The translations under genes and the position numbers were made by a program. This document shows positions 9,383 to 20,185 of a stretch of 43,736 nt of DNA, one piece after another; position 1 is the first letter of the stretch, and every line of letters starts with the position of its first letter. A model generated the notes under the pieces. It made no database searches and was not told the origin of the DNA. It saw nothing but the letters and a program-made list of their open reading frames with translations. Source of the stretch: Craspedostauros australis (Eukaryota). The stretch covers positions 1 through 43,736 of the forward strand of contig JALAGF010002472.1 of NCBI GenBank assembly GCA_030167865.1. Direction: 5' to 3'.

Positions 9383-10753
9383 TTAAAATGCACCTTTACC
9401 AAGATCAGGATTATCTTGATAAAAATTTTCTCTGTATTCTTGATATTTATCTGCTCGTTCAAACATACTTTTTTCGTTTTCAGTTAGTCGAATGCTAGGA
9501 TCCTGCTCGAGTTGCTGTCGAAGAGTTTCTACTTCACGCAATTGCTGATTCCCAATGCGTGCATCCTCTGGTAGACCACTATAAAACGATTCTGTAGCCA
9601 TTTTCTCTTGTATTATTTGGCCTCTCTTTATTTCTAATTGAGCATGGTCGTATGCTCTTTCGTCTTGACTAATACCAATATTACCAGTTTTCTCAAACTT
9701 TTTAAATGCGTTGTCCGAAATGGTATAACCACTAATAAAATGATGGTCTTCATACAACATATTATTTTCAAAAGATATAATTGTTAGCGATTCAGGGTCA
9801 CCGAAATTGATTGTGGGTTCGTTTTTATTTAATGTACCCCTTTCATGAATGATTAAATTTGGCTTTGATAATAACCTTTCTAGCGCATCTTGATATTGGA
9901 AAGCAATATCCTTCGAATTTTTCTCCTTAGTGGGAATCCCAAATTCTTCAAGATGACGCAAACCTTTTTTTTCCAACTGTTTCTCTGAGTATTTATACGA
10001 ATCGCCCAAAACTTTACTCGGATATAAAGGTTCTGCTCTTCGAAGTTTAGTTTGTTTTTGAATCCATTGAGTCTCTTTGGATAATAAATTATGATTTTTA
10101 GTTAATCCAGAAGAATTTAAATTTTTTTGAGCCATCCGCAATTGAACTCTCTTTTGCATAGGTGAAAGCTCTGGTTGAGGTATAAATGAACCAAAACCAG
10201 CTGATGAAATAGAAAGCTTGATTAGGTGAATTGGTACTGGTTTTTCCAATTCACTTAAAATTCTCCAGAATGCGGGTTCTTTAATTATTGGCTTAATTAA
10301 CTCGAGTATCTGGTTTAGACGTTTGTTAATACTAACTGCGGAACCACCCGCTTTCCTTGCCTTATTTAAAAGACTTTTTAGTAATCTTGCCTGTTGTTTC
10401 TCATCCCACTCATTAGCACCTCCTTTTAATTTTAGGATATAATCTGTCATACTTGGAGGAGAATTTAAAAATCTCAAGTTGTCAGATTTAATGACACAAG
10501 AATAGGCCTTAGATGATGGAAATATCGAAGGGTTAATACTTGGTTTGATGTATCGAGATTCTGAAAAAATAACAGCAGCGACTAAAAATTCTTTTGAAAA
10601 GATAAGGACAGCAGTTTGTTTAGTTTTTCTCGTTACATAAATTACTGGATTTTTCAAAGTTCTTTTGAAATTGGATAATTGTCTAATTGCATTAACATCT
10701 TTGGTGCAGCTAAACCCCAATTCCTTTCTGTCATTGATATAGTTGATATACAT
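9383..10753 (-). CDS. ORF456 with an internal colicin D-like tRNase domain (putative toxin)
   Basis: aa 255-360 YSEKQLEKKGLRHLEEFGI...YQDALERLLS...ERGTL...FISGYTI...FEKTGNI parallels the colicin D C-terminal domain; AAGGA SD upstream. Confidence 0.78.
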   Translation of the reverse strand: MYINYINDRKELGFSCTKDVNAIRQLSNFKRTLKNPVIYVTRKTKQTAVLIFSKEFLVAAVIFSESRYIKPSINPSIFPSSKAYSCVIKSDNLRFLNSPPSMTDYILKLKGGANEWDEKQQARLLKSLLNKARKAGGSAVSINKRLNQILELIKPIIKEPAFWRILSELEKPVPIHLIKLSISSAGFGSFIPQPELSPMQKRVQLRMAQKNLNSSGLTKNHNLLSKETQWIQKQTKLRRAEPLYPSKVLGDSYKYSEKQLEKKGLRHLEEFGIPTKEKNSKDIAFQYQDALERLLSKPNLIIHERGTLNKNEPTINFGDPESLTIISFENNMLYEDHHFISGYTISDNAFKKFEKTGNIGISQDERAYDHAQLEIKRGQIIQEKMATESFYSGLPEDARIGNQQLREVETLRQQLEQDPSIRLTENEKSMFERADKYQEYRENFYQDNPDLGKGAF

Positions 10754-10795
10754 AATACGTATCCTTTTTTGTGTTACAAATTTAAGTGAAAAACG

Positions 10796-10834
10796 AGTTA
10801 CATTTTAATCCAATTTGAGGATTAAAATGTAACT
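10796..10834. repeat. Perfect 16-bp inverted repeat upstream of ORF456
   Basis: AGTTACATTTTAATCC-aatttga-GGATTAAAATGTAACT. Confidence 0.85.
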
Positions 10835-10885
10835 TATTGAAAAGCGATAGGTTGTGAGTCGTTTTTGCGGGTAATAGCTAGTAAT

Positions 10886-10929
10886 ATCTTGTTAAAAATA
10901 GATTGTTCTCATTACAGATTTAACAAGAT
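10886..10929. terminator. Possible dnaK terminator stem-loop
   Basis: ATCTTGTTAAA...TTTAACAAGAT 11-bp stem about 60 nt after the dnaK stop. Confidence 0.45.
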
Positions 10930-10989
10930 TTTTTGATTTTCCTTTTCATTCGAGAGCCTAAGTTATATTATATTGATTTTTGTTTAATA

Positions 10990-12825
10990 TTATAAATCAT
11001 TTAACTCTGAGATTGATTCATTTTTCTTATTTTCTTTTGTAGTTATTAAATTTTTCATGATAGTTTTTAGTTCTTCTAATGATATTTTTAAAGTTTTACT
11101 ATTATCTTCTTGAATTTGTTGACGAATCGTTGTAATTAAATTTGTTACATTTTCTTGTTGTTCTGTAGAAATAGTTTTTTCAATTACTTTTAATTCTTTT
11201 TCAGCTTCAAAACAAAATGCTTCTGCTTGATTTTTAAGATCAATATTTTCTCTTTTTTCTTTATCAACCGATGCATATTTTTCAGCTTCCATTAACATTT
11301 CTTCAACTTCATTATCACTTAAAGTAGATGCACCTTGAATTGTAACAGATTGTTCTACACCGGTTTCTTTTTCTTTTGCTTTAACTGCTAAAATACCATC
11401 TACATCAATATCAAATGTTACTTCTATTTGAGGCATTCCTCGTTGTGCACTAGGAATTCCATCTAAACGGAAATTTCCAAGACTTTTATTTCCTGATACT
11501 AATTCACGTTCTCCTTGTAAGATATGAATTTCAACATTTGTTTGATTATCTATTGCAGTGGAAAACATCTCTGATTTTTTCACTGGAATTGTTGTATTAC
11601 GAGCAATAATTTTTGTCATAACACCACCTAAAGTTTCTACACCCAAAGATAATGGTGTAACATCTAATAATAAAATATCTTTAATTTCACCAGCTAAAAT
11701 ACCTGCTTGGATTGCTGCTCCAATAGCTACCACTTCATCAGGATTTACGGATTGATTTGGCTTTTTATTGGTTAAGGATTCTACTACATTTTGAATTGCC
11801 GGAATTCGTGTAGATCCCCCAACTAATACAACTTCATTAAGATCTGATGTTTCAAGTCTTGCATCACTTAATGCTTTCTCTACTGGAAAACGACAGCGCG
11901 TTATTAACTCTTGACACAAATTTTCAAAGACTTCTCGGGTTAATGTTTTATCAATATGCTTTGGACCAGTAGCATCTGCAGTAATAAATGGTAAATTTAT
12001 TTTTGTTTTTTCAATTGTTGAAAGTTCCATTTTTGCTTTTTCTGCTGCTTCTGTAAGTCTTTGTAAAGCTTGGATATCTGTAGATAAATCAATATTTTCA
12101 ATCTTTTTAAAATCTTTAATTAACCAATTTACTAAAACATTATCAAAATCATCGCCACCTAAATTAGTATCTCCAGCTGTTGATAAAACTTCAAAGATTC
12201 CATCACCAACTTCTAGAATAGAAACATCAAATGTACCTCCACCTAAATCAAAAACTAAAATTGTTTCATTTTGTTTTTTATCTAACCCATAAGCTAAAGA
12301 TGCTGCAGTAGGTTCATTAATTATTCGCAAAACTTCAACTCCCGCAATTTTACCAGCATCCATAGTAGCTTGGCGTTGGGAGTCATTAAAATAAGCGGGA
12401 ACTGTGATAACTGCTTGTGTGACATCTTGTCCTAAATATGTTGTAGCATCATTAATTAACTTTCTTAGGACTTGAGCAGAAATCTCTTCGGGACTAAATT
12501 CTTTACTTAATGAAGGACATGCAATTTTAATATTATCATTTGAATCATGTGTCACAGTATAAGGTAATTGTGTTGATTCAGTTTTAATTTCTCCAGTTTT
12601 TGAGCCAATAAAACGCTTTACTGAAAAAAATGTATTCTCTGGATTAATCACAGCTTGTCGTTTTGCAATCTGACCTACTAATAATTCTTGTTTTTTTGTA
12701 TAAGCGACAATAGATGGTGTTGTTCTTAATCCCTCCGCATTAATAATAACACTAGGTTGACCACCTTCAATTGTTGCTACTACAGAATTTGTTGTTCCTA
12801 AATCTATTCCTACAACTTTTATCAT
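10990..12825 (-). CDS. dnaK: Hsp70 chaperone
   Basis: [33 protein letters not shown]. Confidence 0.99.
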   Translation of the reverse strand: MIKVVGIDLGTTNSVVATIEGGQPSVIINAEGLRTTPSIVAYTKKQELLVGQIAKRQAVINPENTFFSVKRFIGSKTGEIKTESTQLPYTVTHDSNDNIKIACPSLSKEFSPEEISAQVLRKLINDATTYLGQDVTQAVITVPAYFNDSQRQATMDAGKIAGVEVLRIINEPTAASLAYGLDKKQNETILVFDLGGGTFDVSILEVGDGIFEVLSTAGDTNLGGDDFDNVLVNWLIKDFKKIENIDLSTDIQALQRLTEAAEKAKMELSTIEKTKINLPFITADATGPKHIDKTLTREVFENLCQELITRCRFPVEKALSDARLETSDLNEVVLVGGSTRIPAIQNVVESLTNKKPNQSVNPDEVVAIGAAIQAGILAGEIKDILLLDVTPLSLGVETLGGVMTKIIARNTTIPVKKSEMFSTAIDNQTNVEIHILQGERELVSGNKSLGNFRLDGIPSAQRGMPQIEVTFDIDVDGILAVKAKEKETGVEQSVTIQGASTLSDNEVEEMLMEAEKYASVDKEKRENIDLKNQAEAFCFEAEKELKVIEKTISTEQQENVTNLITTIRQQIQEDNSKTLKISLEELKTIMKNLITTKENKKNESISELNDL

Positions 12826-13079
12826 TACTTTAATTTTATGTTAAATTTTAAGTTAGAAAAAAATATACATATTTTACAAAATTCTAAAAAGTCTAAATTC
12901 CCTAATTTATATTATTTATAAATAACAATGTAAATTTACCTTATGTAGACAAGTTCTTTTATTTTTTTTACAATGTCTCATATATTTATAAAATAAATTA
13001 ACTTATTAATTTATTATAATTTTAAGAAAAAACTTAAACGCAAAGTTAAATAATTACAAGATTTATTTGGAGAATTATA

Positions 13080-13712
13080 ATGAGTATAGGGTTATTAGGT
13101 AATAAAATTGGGATGACTCAAATTTTTGATGATGTTGGAAACATTATTCCTGTAACTATTTTAAAAGTTGGACCATGTGTAGTAACAGATATTAAAACCA
13201 AAGAAAAAAATGGATACAATTCTATTCAAATTGGGTATGGTAATATTTCAAAAAATAAATTATCACAAGCTGAGCTAGGTCATTTACAAAAATCAAATAT
13301 TCACCCTTTAAAATATTTAAAAGAGTTTCGTATTTTAAATCCTGATTGTTTTAATGTTGGTCAACTTTTATTGGTAGATTCATTAGAATTAGGTCAACGT
13401 GTAAATATTCAAGGTAAAACTGTTGGGAAAGGTTTTTCAGGTCTCCAAAAACGTTATAATTTTACCCGTGGACCAATGACACATGGATCTAAGAATCATC
13501 GAGCCCCAGGTTCTATTGGTATGGGAACAACACCAGGTCGGGTATTACCTGGTAAAAAAATGGCTGGTCAATTAGGTAATAAAATGACTACCATTCAAAA
13601 ACTAGAAGTTATTCAAATAAATTTAGAAGAGAATATTTTAATAATAAAAGGTTCCGTTCCAGGAAAACCTGGTAATTTATTAACTATTGTACCCTCTTGT
13701 TCGAATGACTGA
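13080..13712 (+). CDS. rpl3: 50S ribosomal protein L3
   Basis: [30 protein letters not shown]. Confidence 0.98.
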   Translation: MSIGLLGNKIGMTQIFDDVGNIIPVTILKVGPCVVTDIKTKEKNGYNSIQIGYGNISKNKLSQAELGHLQKSNIHPLKYLKEFRILNPDCFNVGQLLLVDSLELGQRVNIQGKTVGKGFSGLQKRYNFTRGPMTHGSKNHRAPGSIGMGTTPGRVLPGKKMAGQLGNKMTTIQKLEVIQINLEENILIIKGSVPGKPGNLLTIVPSCSND

Positions 13713-13731
13713 AATAAAAAAAATATAGACT

Positions 13732-14379
13732 ATGACCATTCAAAAAATTTTAAAGTATAACTCAATAGATATTAATGGAAAAACATTAGACTCTAATAAA
13801 GAATTAAAATTGTATGTTCTCAGAGATTCTGGAAATTATTTATTACATAAAGATTTATTAAGACATTGTAACTCAAAAAGCCAATATACCGCTTCAACAA
13901 AAACACGAAGTGAAGTTAGAGGAGGCGGTAGAAAACCCTGGCGTCAAAAAGGGACAGGTAGAGCACGCGCGGGATCTAATAGTTCTCCTCTATGGAAAGG
14001 TGGTGGTACTATTTTTGGTCCTAAACCTAAACACATTACTTCAAAATTAAATAAAAAAGAACGTCGATTAGCTCTTCAAACATTATTATATAATAAAAAG
14101 AATAGTCTCACGATTGTGAATGATTTAGAAAATCAAATTGTAGACTCAAAAACTAAACAATTTTTAAAAATTTGTACCGATTGTAGTATTGATTTAAATC
14201 AAAAAACTTTGCTTATTACGTCACAAAAAACATTAAGTTTAAAATTATCAACAAATAATTTAAAAAATTTTGAAGTTATTTCTGCTTCAAATTTAAATAC
14301 TTTTAGTCTACTAAAAGCTAAACAAATTATATTAACACCATCAGCAATAGATGATATAAAGGAGATTTATTGTGACTAA
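13732..14379 (+). CDS. rpl4: 50S ribosomal protein L4
   Basis: [27 protein letters not shown]. Confidence 0.98.
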   Translation: MTIQKILKYNSIDINGKTLDSNKELKLYVLRDSGNYLLHKDLLRHCNSKSQYTASTKTRSEVRGGGRKPWRQKGTGRARAGSNSSPLWKGGGTIFGPKPKHITSKLNKKERRLALQTLLYNKKNSLTIVNDLENQIVDSKTKQFLKICTDCSIDLNQKTLLITSQKTLSLKLSTNNLKNFEVISASNLNTFSLLKAKQIILTPSAIDDIKEIYCD

Positions 14380-14674
14380 TTCTTTAGATTTTAATAAAAC
14401 ACAAATTATAAAACATCCTATTATCACAGATAAAGCTACTCGCCTTTTAGAAAATAATCAATATAGTTTTATTGTTGATAGATATTCAAATAAAAGTCAA
14501 ATCAAGGTGGCAATTGAATATTTATTTACTGTAAAAGTAATTAAAGTTAATACATGTTGTTTACCACGCAAAAAAAAACGTGTTGGGAGATATGTGGGTT
14601 ACAAAGCGCAATATAAAAAAGCTATTGTGACCTTATCCGATGGTGATATAATAAATTTATTTACTGAAAATTAA
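14372..14674 (+). CDS. rpl23: 50S ribosomal protein L23 (GTG start, overlaps rpl4 by 8 nt)
   Basis: [11 protein letters not shown]...YKKAIVTL. Confidence 0.96.
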   Translation: MTNSLDFNKTQIIKHPIITDKATRLLENNQYSFIVDRYSNKSQIKVAIEYLFTVKVIKVNTCCLPRKKKRVGRYVGYKAQYKKAIVTLSDGDIINLFTEN

Positions 14675-14699
14675 TTAATTAACAAAAAAAATAAAATTT

Positions 14700-15527
14700 A
14701 TGAGTATTCGCCTTTATAAAGCATATACACCAGGTACTCGAAATCGAGCCTTATCAGATTTTAGTGAAATAACGAAAAATAAACCAGAAAAAAAATTAAT
14801 TAAAAAAAACCATCGTTCTAAAGGACGAAATAATCGCGGAGTAATTACAATTCGTCATCGTGGTGGTGGACATAAACGCCTGTATCGTCTGGTCGATTTT
14901 AAAAGAAATAAATGGAATGTAAAGGGATCTGTTGTTAGTATTGAATACGACCCGAATCGCAATACGCGAATTGCTTTAATTCATTATTCTGACGGAGAAA
15001 AACGTTATATTTTACATCCAAAAAATTTAAATGTTGGTGCTACAATCATCTCAGGGGCAAATATACCTATAAATATTGGAAATACATTACCATTACATGA
15101 AATTCCATTAGGTAGTTCTATTCACAATATTGAGTTAATTCCTAATAAAGGTGGCCAAATTGTACGAGCTGCCGGAACATCGGCAAAAATCTTAGCAAAA
15201 GAAGGTGATTACGTCACTTTACGTTTACCATCAAAAGAAATTCGCTTAATTCGCAAAAATTGCTATGCAACAATTGGTGAATTAAGTAATAATGATGCTT
15301 TTTTAGTCCAAAGTGGAAAAGCAGGTCGAACTCGGTGGTTAGGAAAACGTCCTACAGTTCGTGGCTCAGTAATGAATCCGTGTGATCACCCTCATGGTGG
15401 TGGTGAAGGCCGGGCTCCTATTGGTAGAACAAGACCTTTAACACCTTGGGGTAAAACAGCGTTAGGAATGAAAACGCGAAAAAGAACAAAAGTTAGTGAC
15501 GCCTATATCTTACGCCGTCGTACATAA
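14700..15527 (+). CDS. rpl2: 50S ribosomal protein L2
   Basis: [18 protein letters not shown]. Confidence 0.99.
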   Translation: MSIRLYKAYTPGTRNRALSDFSEITKNKPEKKLIKKNHRSKGRNNRGVITIRHRGGGHKRLYRLVDFKRNKWNVKGSVVSIEYDPNRNTRIALIHYSDGEKRYILHPKNLNVGATIISGANIPINIGNTLPLHEIPLGSSIHNIELIPNKGGQIVRAAGTSAKILAKEGDYVTLRLPSKEIRLIRKNCYATIGELSNNDAFLVQSGKAGRTRWLGKRPTVRGSVMNPCDHPHGGGEGRAPIGRTRPLTPWGKTALGMKTRKRTKVSDAYILRRRT

Positions 15528-15575
15528 AAGGTGTTCTATTCAAGATTAAAGTAAATTAATTAAATTATTAAAAAA

Positions 15576-15854
15576 ATGTCACGATCGTTAAAAAAAGGGC
15601 CCTTTGTGGCTTATCATTTATTAAAAAAAATTAATAAGTTAAATCAGGCTGGGACAAAAGATACTATTATTACATGGTCACGTTCATCAACAATTTTACC
15701 AAGTATGGTTGGCTTTACAATTGCTATCTACAATGGTAAACAACATGTTCCTATATTTATTTCTGATCAATTTGTAGGTCATAAATTAGGTGAATTTGTG
15801 TCAACAAGACATTTTAAAACTCATCTTAAAGCTGATAGAAAATCAAAACGATAA
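15576..15854 (+). CDS. rps19: 30S ribosomal protein S19
   Basis: [18 protein letters not shown]. Confidence 0.99.
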   Translation: MSRSLKKGPFVAYHLLKKINKLNQAGTKDTIITWSRSSTILPSMVGFTIAIYNGKQHVPIFISDQFVGHKLGEFVSTRHFKTHLKADRKSKR

Positions 15855-15863
15855 AATTAAATA

Positions 15864-16352
15864 ATGAGTCAAATTTTTTATGAGAAAAGATGTCGATGTA
15901 AAGAAGAATTTTTAATTACTAAAAAACGTAAATCTAGTAATAGGAGTGAAGGGAAACCTTTACAATACCCTAGTTCTAATGAAATTCTTTCAAAGACATT
16001 TAAAATAAAATATGAAAATGAATTATCTTCAAGAGCAAAACTTATATTAAATAGTTTAAAAAATAAATATTTGTACTATGCAATTGATGATATATTGTTT
16101 TTATTCAAATTAAAGCCAATAGAAGGTGAAAATCTTTTAAATATTTTATACTCGACAGTTTTATCAATTCATAATAATTTATCGATAAATTTCTTTGATA
16201 TTTGGATCCAAGACATTTATATTAGTCAAGGAATAAAAACAAATAAATTTCTAGCAAATACTTTTAAATATTCAGAGCCTGTTAATTATATAACAATTAA
16301 ACTTTTTTATAAACCAAAAGTTTTAATTAAAAAACAGAACTCTTTATGGTAA
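15864..16352 (+). CDS. ycf88: Diatom-specific conserved hypothetical protein Ycf88
   Basis: Position between rps19 and rpl22; YLYYAIDDIL, LSINFFDIWI, C-terminal SLW. Confidence 0.88.
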   Translation: MSQIFYEKRCRCKEEFLITKKRKSSNRSEGKPLQYPSSNEILSKTFKIKYENELSSRAKLILNSLKNKYLYYAIDDILFLFKLKPIEGENLLNILYSTVLSIHNNLSINFFDIWIQDIYISQGIKTNKFLANTFKYSEPVNYITIKLFYKPKVLIKKQNSLW

Positions 16353-16467
16353 GTTTTTCAATTTTTATATAAGCTTTTTAGTCGAGTATGGAGCAATTTT
16401 TTTTACAAATTCTAAATCTGAATTAGAATAACAAATCTTTATTATTAAATATTAAAATTAATTAGTT

Positions 16468-16815
16468 ATGTCAAATTCTCAATCAGTAAAAGCAGTAGCG
16501 AAATATATTCGCATGTCACCTCATAAAATACGACGTATAATTGATCAAATTCGTGGTCGTTCATATCAAGAAGCATTAATGATCCTTGAATTTTTACCAT
16601 ACACGGCTAGTGGGCCAATTTGGCAAATTGTTCACTCAGCAGCTGCAAATGCAAACCATAATTATGGATTAGATAAAAAAAAATTAGTTATTGATGAAAT
16701 TTTTGCTGATGAAGGCCCTAAATTAAAACGAATTCGTCCAAGAGCACAAGGTCGTGCATATAAAATTTTAAAACCAACATCTCATATAACTGTTATAATG
16801 AAAGAAATCAATTAA
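16468..16815 (+). CDS. rpl22: 50S ribosomal protein L22
   Basis: [18 protein letters not shown]. Confidence 0.98.
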   Translation: MSNSQSVKAVAKYIRMSPHKIRRIIDQIRGRSYQEALMILEFLPYTASGPIWQIVHSAAANANHNYGLDKKKLVIDEIFADEGPKLKRIRPRAQGRAYKILKPTSHITVIMKEIN

Positions 16816-16841
16816 ATAATCAACTTACGGAAAATTTTTTT

Positions 16842-17486
16842 ATGGGCCAAAAAACACATCCTTTAGGATTCCGGTTAGGTATCACACATGAACATAAATC
16901 TAATTGGTATGCAAATTTTAATCAGTATTCTAATATTTTAAAAGAAGATGATAAAATTCGTACATATTTAAATACAATTGCATCCGATAATAGTATTGCT
17001 AATGTTAAAATTTCGCGAAATAGTTTAAATGATCAAATTCAACTTAATATTGAAACAGGGAAGCCTGGTATTTTGATAGGAACACTTGGAATAGGACTTA
17101 AAAATTTATTAACAAATTTAAAAAAATTATTACCAGCAAACCGTCAATTAACTATTAATGTTTTCGAAATAGAAAAAATCGATCTAAATGCTACTCTATT
17201 AGCAGATTTGGTAGCAGAACAATTAGAAAAGCGAATAGCATTTCGTCGTGCAATTCGAGAAGCTTTACAACGAGCTCAAAAACAAAATGTTCAAGGTATT
17301 AAAATTCAAGTATCAGGTCGTTTAAATGGTGCAGAAATGGCTCGAAGTGAGTGGATTCGTGAAGGTAGAGTACCTTTACAAACCTTACGTGCTGATATAG
17401 ATTACGCGACAAAAGAAGCGAATACAATTTATGGTATATTAGGCATTAAAATCTGGCTATTTAAAAATGAAATTTTAACCAAGTAA
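16842..17486 (+). CDS. rps3: 30S ribosomal protein S3
   Basis: MGQKTHPLGFRLG; GRVPLQTLRADID. Confidence 0.99.
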   Translation: MGQKTHPLGFRLGITHEHKSNWYANFNQYSNILKEDDKIRTYLNTIASDNSIANVKISRNSLNDQIQLNIETGKPGILIGTLGIGLKNLLTNLKKLLPANRQLTINVFEIEKIDLNATLLADLVAEQLEKRIAFRRAIREALQRAQKQNVQGIKIQVSGRLNGAEMARSEWIREGRVPLQTLRADIDYATKEANTIYGILGIKIWLFKNEILTK

Positions 17487-17513
17487 AAAAATCTTTTATT
17501 TAATTAATTTAAT

Positions 17514-17930
17514 ATGTTAAGCCCAAAAAGAACAAAATATAGAAAATATCATCGTGGCCGTATGCGAGGAATTGCGACTCGTGGCAATGAAATCTGCTTT
17601 GGAACTTGCGGATTACAATCGTTAGAACCTAATTGGATTACTTCCCGTCAAATTGAAGCAGCTCGAAGAACAATCACTCGATATACAAAACGAGGTGCAA
17701 AATTATGGATTCGAATTTTTCCTGATAAAACTGTAACAGCTCGTGCTGCAGAATCAAGAATGGGATCAGGTAAAGGTGCTGTCGATTATTGGGTAGCAGT
17801 AGTAAAACCAGGAACTATTTTATTTGAAATCAGTTCTGTGCCTGAAGAAGTAGCAAAAGCTGCATTAAATTTAGCAGCATATAAATTACCAGTAAAAACA
17901 AAATTTATTAGTCAAAACAATATTAAATAA
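17514..17930 (+). CDS. rpl16: 50S ribosomal protein L16
   Basis: [18 protein letters not shown]. Confidence 0.99.
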   Translation: MLSPKRTKYRKYHRGRMRGIATRGNEICFGTCGLQSLEPNWITSRQIEAARRTITRYTKRGAKLWIRIFPDKTVTARAAESRMGSGKGAVDYWVAVVKPGTILFEISSVPEEVAKAALNLAAYKLPVKTKFISQNNIK

Positions 17931-17934
17931 AAAT

Positions 17935-18159
17935 ATGAGTATCCCTCAATTTTCTGAGATTAGTTCCTTTTCTAATACAGAGATTTCTGAAGCTATTATT
18001 GAAACTGAAAATAAATTATTTAATTTACGTTTTAAAAAAGTAACACGTCAAAATTTTAAATCACATGAATTAAAATTTACAAAACGATATCTAGCTCAAT
18101 TAAAAACACTTCTAACATTAAGATTACAAAACGTTGAACCAAAGATTAAGGAGTTTTAA
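17935..18159 (+). CDS. rpl29: 50S ribosomal protein L29
   Basis: LFNLRFKK...HELK...LAQLKT; position between rpl16 and rps17. Confidence 0.93.
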   Translation: MSIPQFSEISSFSNTEISEAIIETENKLFNLRFKKVTRQNFKSHELKFTKRYLAQLKTLLTLRLQNVEPKIKEF

Positions 18160-18414
18160 ATGCCAGTCAAACAACAAATTGGTATTGTAATTAGTAATAA
18201 AATGCAAAAAACTATGGTGGTGAAAATTGAAAATAGATATCCTCATCCTCTATATTCAAAAACCTTGATTAAAACTAAAAAATATTTAGCACACGATGAG
18301 CTAGAACAATGTAATATTGGTGATCAAGTATTAGTTGAAGAATGCCGTCCACTTAGTAAACGGAAACGTTGGAAATTAGTTCAAATTATTTCAAAATCAT
18401 CTCTAATAAATTAA
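18160..18414 (+). CDS. rps17: 30S ribosomal protein S17
   Basis: [22 protein letters not shown]. Confidence 0.98.
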   Translation: MPVKQQIGIVISNKMQKTMVVKIENRYPHPLYSKTLIKTKKYLAHDELEQCNIGDQVLVEECRPLSKRKRWKLVQIISKSSLIN

Positions 18415-18424
18415 CAGATCGCTT

Positions 18425-18790
18425 ATGATTTATCCTCAAACGATTTTAACAGTAGCAGATAATACTGGTGCTAAAAAAGTTATGTGTATTCGAATATTGG
18501 GTGGAAATAAAAAATATGCCGAAATCGGTGATACCATCATTGGAGTTGTAAAAGAAGCAATTCCTAATATGCCTGTTAAAAGATCAGATGTGATTCGGGC
18601 AATTATTGTGAGAACAAAAAAAACCATTCGGCGACAAGACGGTATGTATATTCGTTTTGATGATAATGCAGTTGTAATAGTTAATATAGATAATAATCCA
18701 CGTGGTACACGCGTTTTTGGACCAGTTGCTCGTGAAATTCGTGATAAAAATTTATCAAAAATTGTATCTTTAGCTCCGGAGGTTTTATAA
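18425..18790 (+). CDS. rpl14: 50S ribosomal protein L14
   Basis: [17 protein letters not shown]. Confidence 0.99.
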   Translation: MIYPQTILTVADNTGAKKVMCIRILGGNKKYAEIGDTIIGVVKEAIPNMPVKRSDVIRAIIVRTKKTIRRQDGMYIRFDDNAVVIVNIDNNPRGTRVFGPVAREIRDKNLSKIVSLAPEVL

Positions 18791-19039
18791 ATGACAATGA
18801 ATAAAAAAATATCTCTTAAAGTTGGGGATTCTGTTAAAATTATTTCAGGTTTTCATAAAAATGAAAATGGAGAAATTATCAAAATTAATAAAAAAATTGG
18901 TAAGATTATTGTCAAAGGAATTAATTTAAAATTTAAACATATCAAACCAAATACTGATAATGAAATTGGTGAAATCAAACAATTTGAGGCACCAATTCAT
19001 TATTCAAATGTAAAATTAAATTTAAACGAAGTATCTTAA
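18791..19039 (+). CDS. rpl24: 50S ribosomal protein L24
   Basis: KVGDSVKIISG; EAPIHYSNV. Confidence 0.96.
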   Translation: MTMNKKISLKVGDSVKIISGFHKNENGEIIKINKKIGKIIVKGINLKFKHIKPNTDNEIGEIKQFEAPIHYSNVKLNLNEVS

Positions 19040-19040
19040 T

Positions 19041-19757
19041 ATGTTAAATCAACATTCAGTCGAAGAAATAGCTGATATTTATAATTTACTTAGCAATATT
19101 AAAAAAGAATATGAAAACGGGATTAAGCCTATTTTGATGAAGAATACATCATCAAGATTTAGTAATCCACATACAGTGCCAAAGTTAAAAAAAATTCAAA
19201 TAAATCGTGGCCTTGGCTTAACAGCACAAAATACAAATATTTTAAAAAAAAATATTGAAGAATTTGAAAATATTACAGGTCAGAAACCAATTATTACACG
19301 ATCAAAAAAAGCTATTGCAGGGTTTAAAATTCGTGAAGATATGGAATTAGGTTTAAGTGTTACATTAAGAGGTAAAAAAATGTATGCCTTTTTAACTAAA
19401 TTATTATTCTTTACTTTTGCACAAATTCGAGATTTTCGTGGTTTATCGTTACGAAGTTTCGATAAAGCAGGGAATTATAGTTTTGGATTGAAAGAGCAAT
19501 TGATTTTCCCAGAAATTGATTATGATGATGTTGATCAAGTTCAAGGTTTTACAATTACTTTTGTTTTGGAACAATCTTCACCCAAATATAAATCAAAATC
19601 GAAAGATAAAATTTTAAATGGAATGATTTTATTTAAATTTTTAAGATTTCCTTTAAATGATTGTGGATATTATGATAAATATTCATCTTTTAATGAAATC
19701 AATCAAGTTTGGGAAAGAAAAAAACATTTAAAACGGAAACGTTGGTCACAAGAATAA
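19041..19757 (+). CDS. rpl5: 50S ribosomal protein L5
   Basis: [22 protein letters not shown]; diatom-type terminal extensions. Confidence 0.97.
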   Translation: MLNQHSVEEIADIYNLLSNIKKEYENGIKPILMKNTSSRFSNPHTVPKLKKIQINRGLGLTAQNTNILKKNIEEFENITGQKPIITRSKKAIAGFKIREDMELGLSVTLRGKKMYAFLTKLLFFTFAQIRDFRGLSLRSFDKAGNYSFGLKEQLIFPEIDYDDVDQVQGFTITFVLEQSSPKYKSKSKDKILNGMILFKFLRFPLNDCGYYDKYSSFNEINQVWERKKHLKRKRWSQE

Positions 19758-19767
19758 GGAGAGAAAA

Positions 19768-20166
19768 ATGGTAACAGATACTATTTCAGATATGTTAACA
19801 AGAATTAGGAATGCGACGATGGTTAAACATCAAATTGTGCAAATTCCTAATACACGAATGTCTTTAGCAATAGCGCAAATTTTTTTAGAAGAGGGTTTTA
19901 TTAGTAACTTTGACAATTATAGTGAAAATTCAAGAAATTATTTATTACTTTCATTAAAATATACAGGGAAAGAACGAAAACCAGTTATTGCAAAAATGGA
20001 AAGAATTAGTAAGCCTGGTCTAAGAGTTTATGCACGCGCAAAAGATTTACCAAAAGTTTTAGATAATTTAGGAATTGCAATTATTTCTACCTCAAATGGA
20101 GTAATGACGAATCTAAAAGCTAAAGAATTAGGTGTTGGTGGTGAAATTTTATGTTATATTTGGTAG
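19768..20166 (+). CDS. rps8: 30S ribosomal protein S8
   Basis: [22 protein letters not shown]. Confidence 0.99.
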   Translation: MVTDTISDMLTRIRNATMVKHQIVQIPNTRMSLAIAQIFLEEGFISNFDNYSENSRNYLLLSLKYTGKERKPVIAKMERISKPGLRVYARAKDLPKVLDNLGIAIISTSNGVMTNLKAKELGVGGEILCYIW

Positions 20167-20185
20167 AGATTAAGGAGTTTTTAAA

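Larger units (their letters stand above)
7641..10834 (-). mobile_element. Integrated plasmid-derived island (Rep remnant plus toxin-immunity-like gene pair); boundaries approximate
   Basis: Three co-oriented non-plastid ORFs between the housekeeping genes clpC and dnaK; one carries Rep_trans-like motifs. Confidence 0.75.

Noticed and set aside
7580-10848. 9-bp inverted match TATCGCTTT (7580-7588) / AAAGCGATA (10840-10848) flanking the island as possible terminal repeats
   Set aside because: Too short in AT-rich DNA, with no target-site duplication or transposase.
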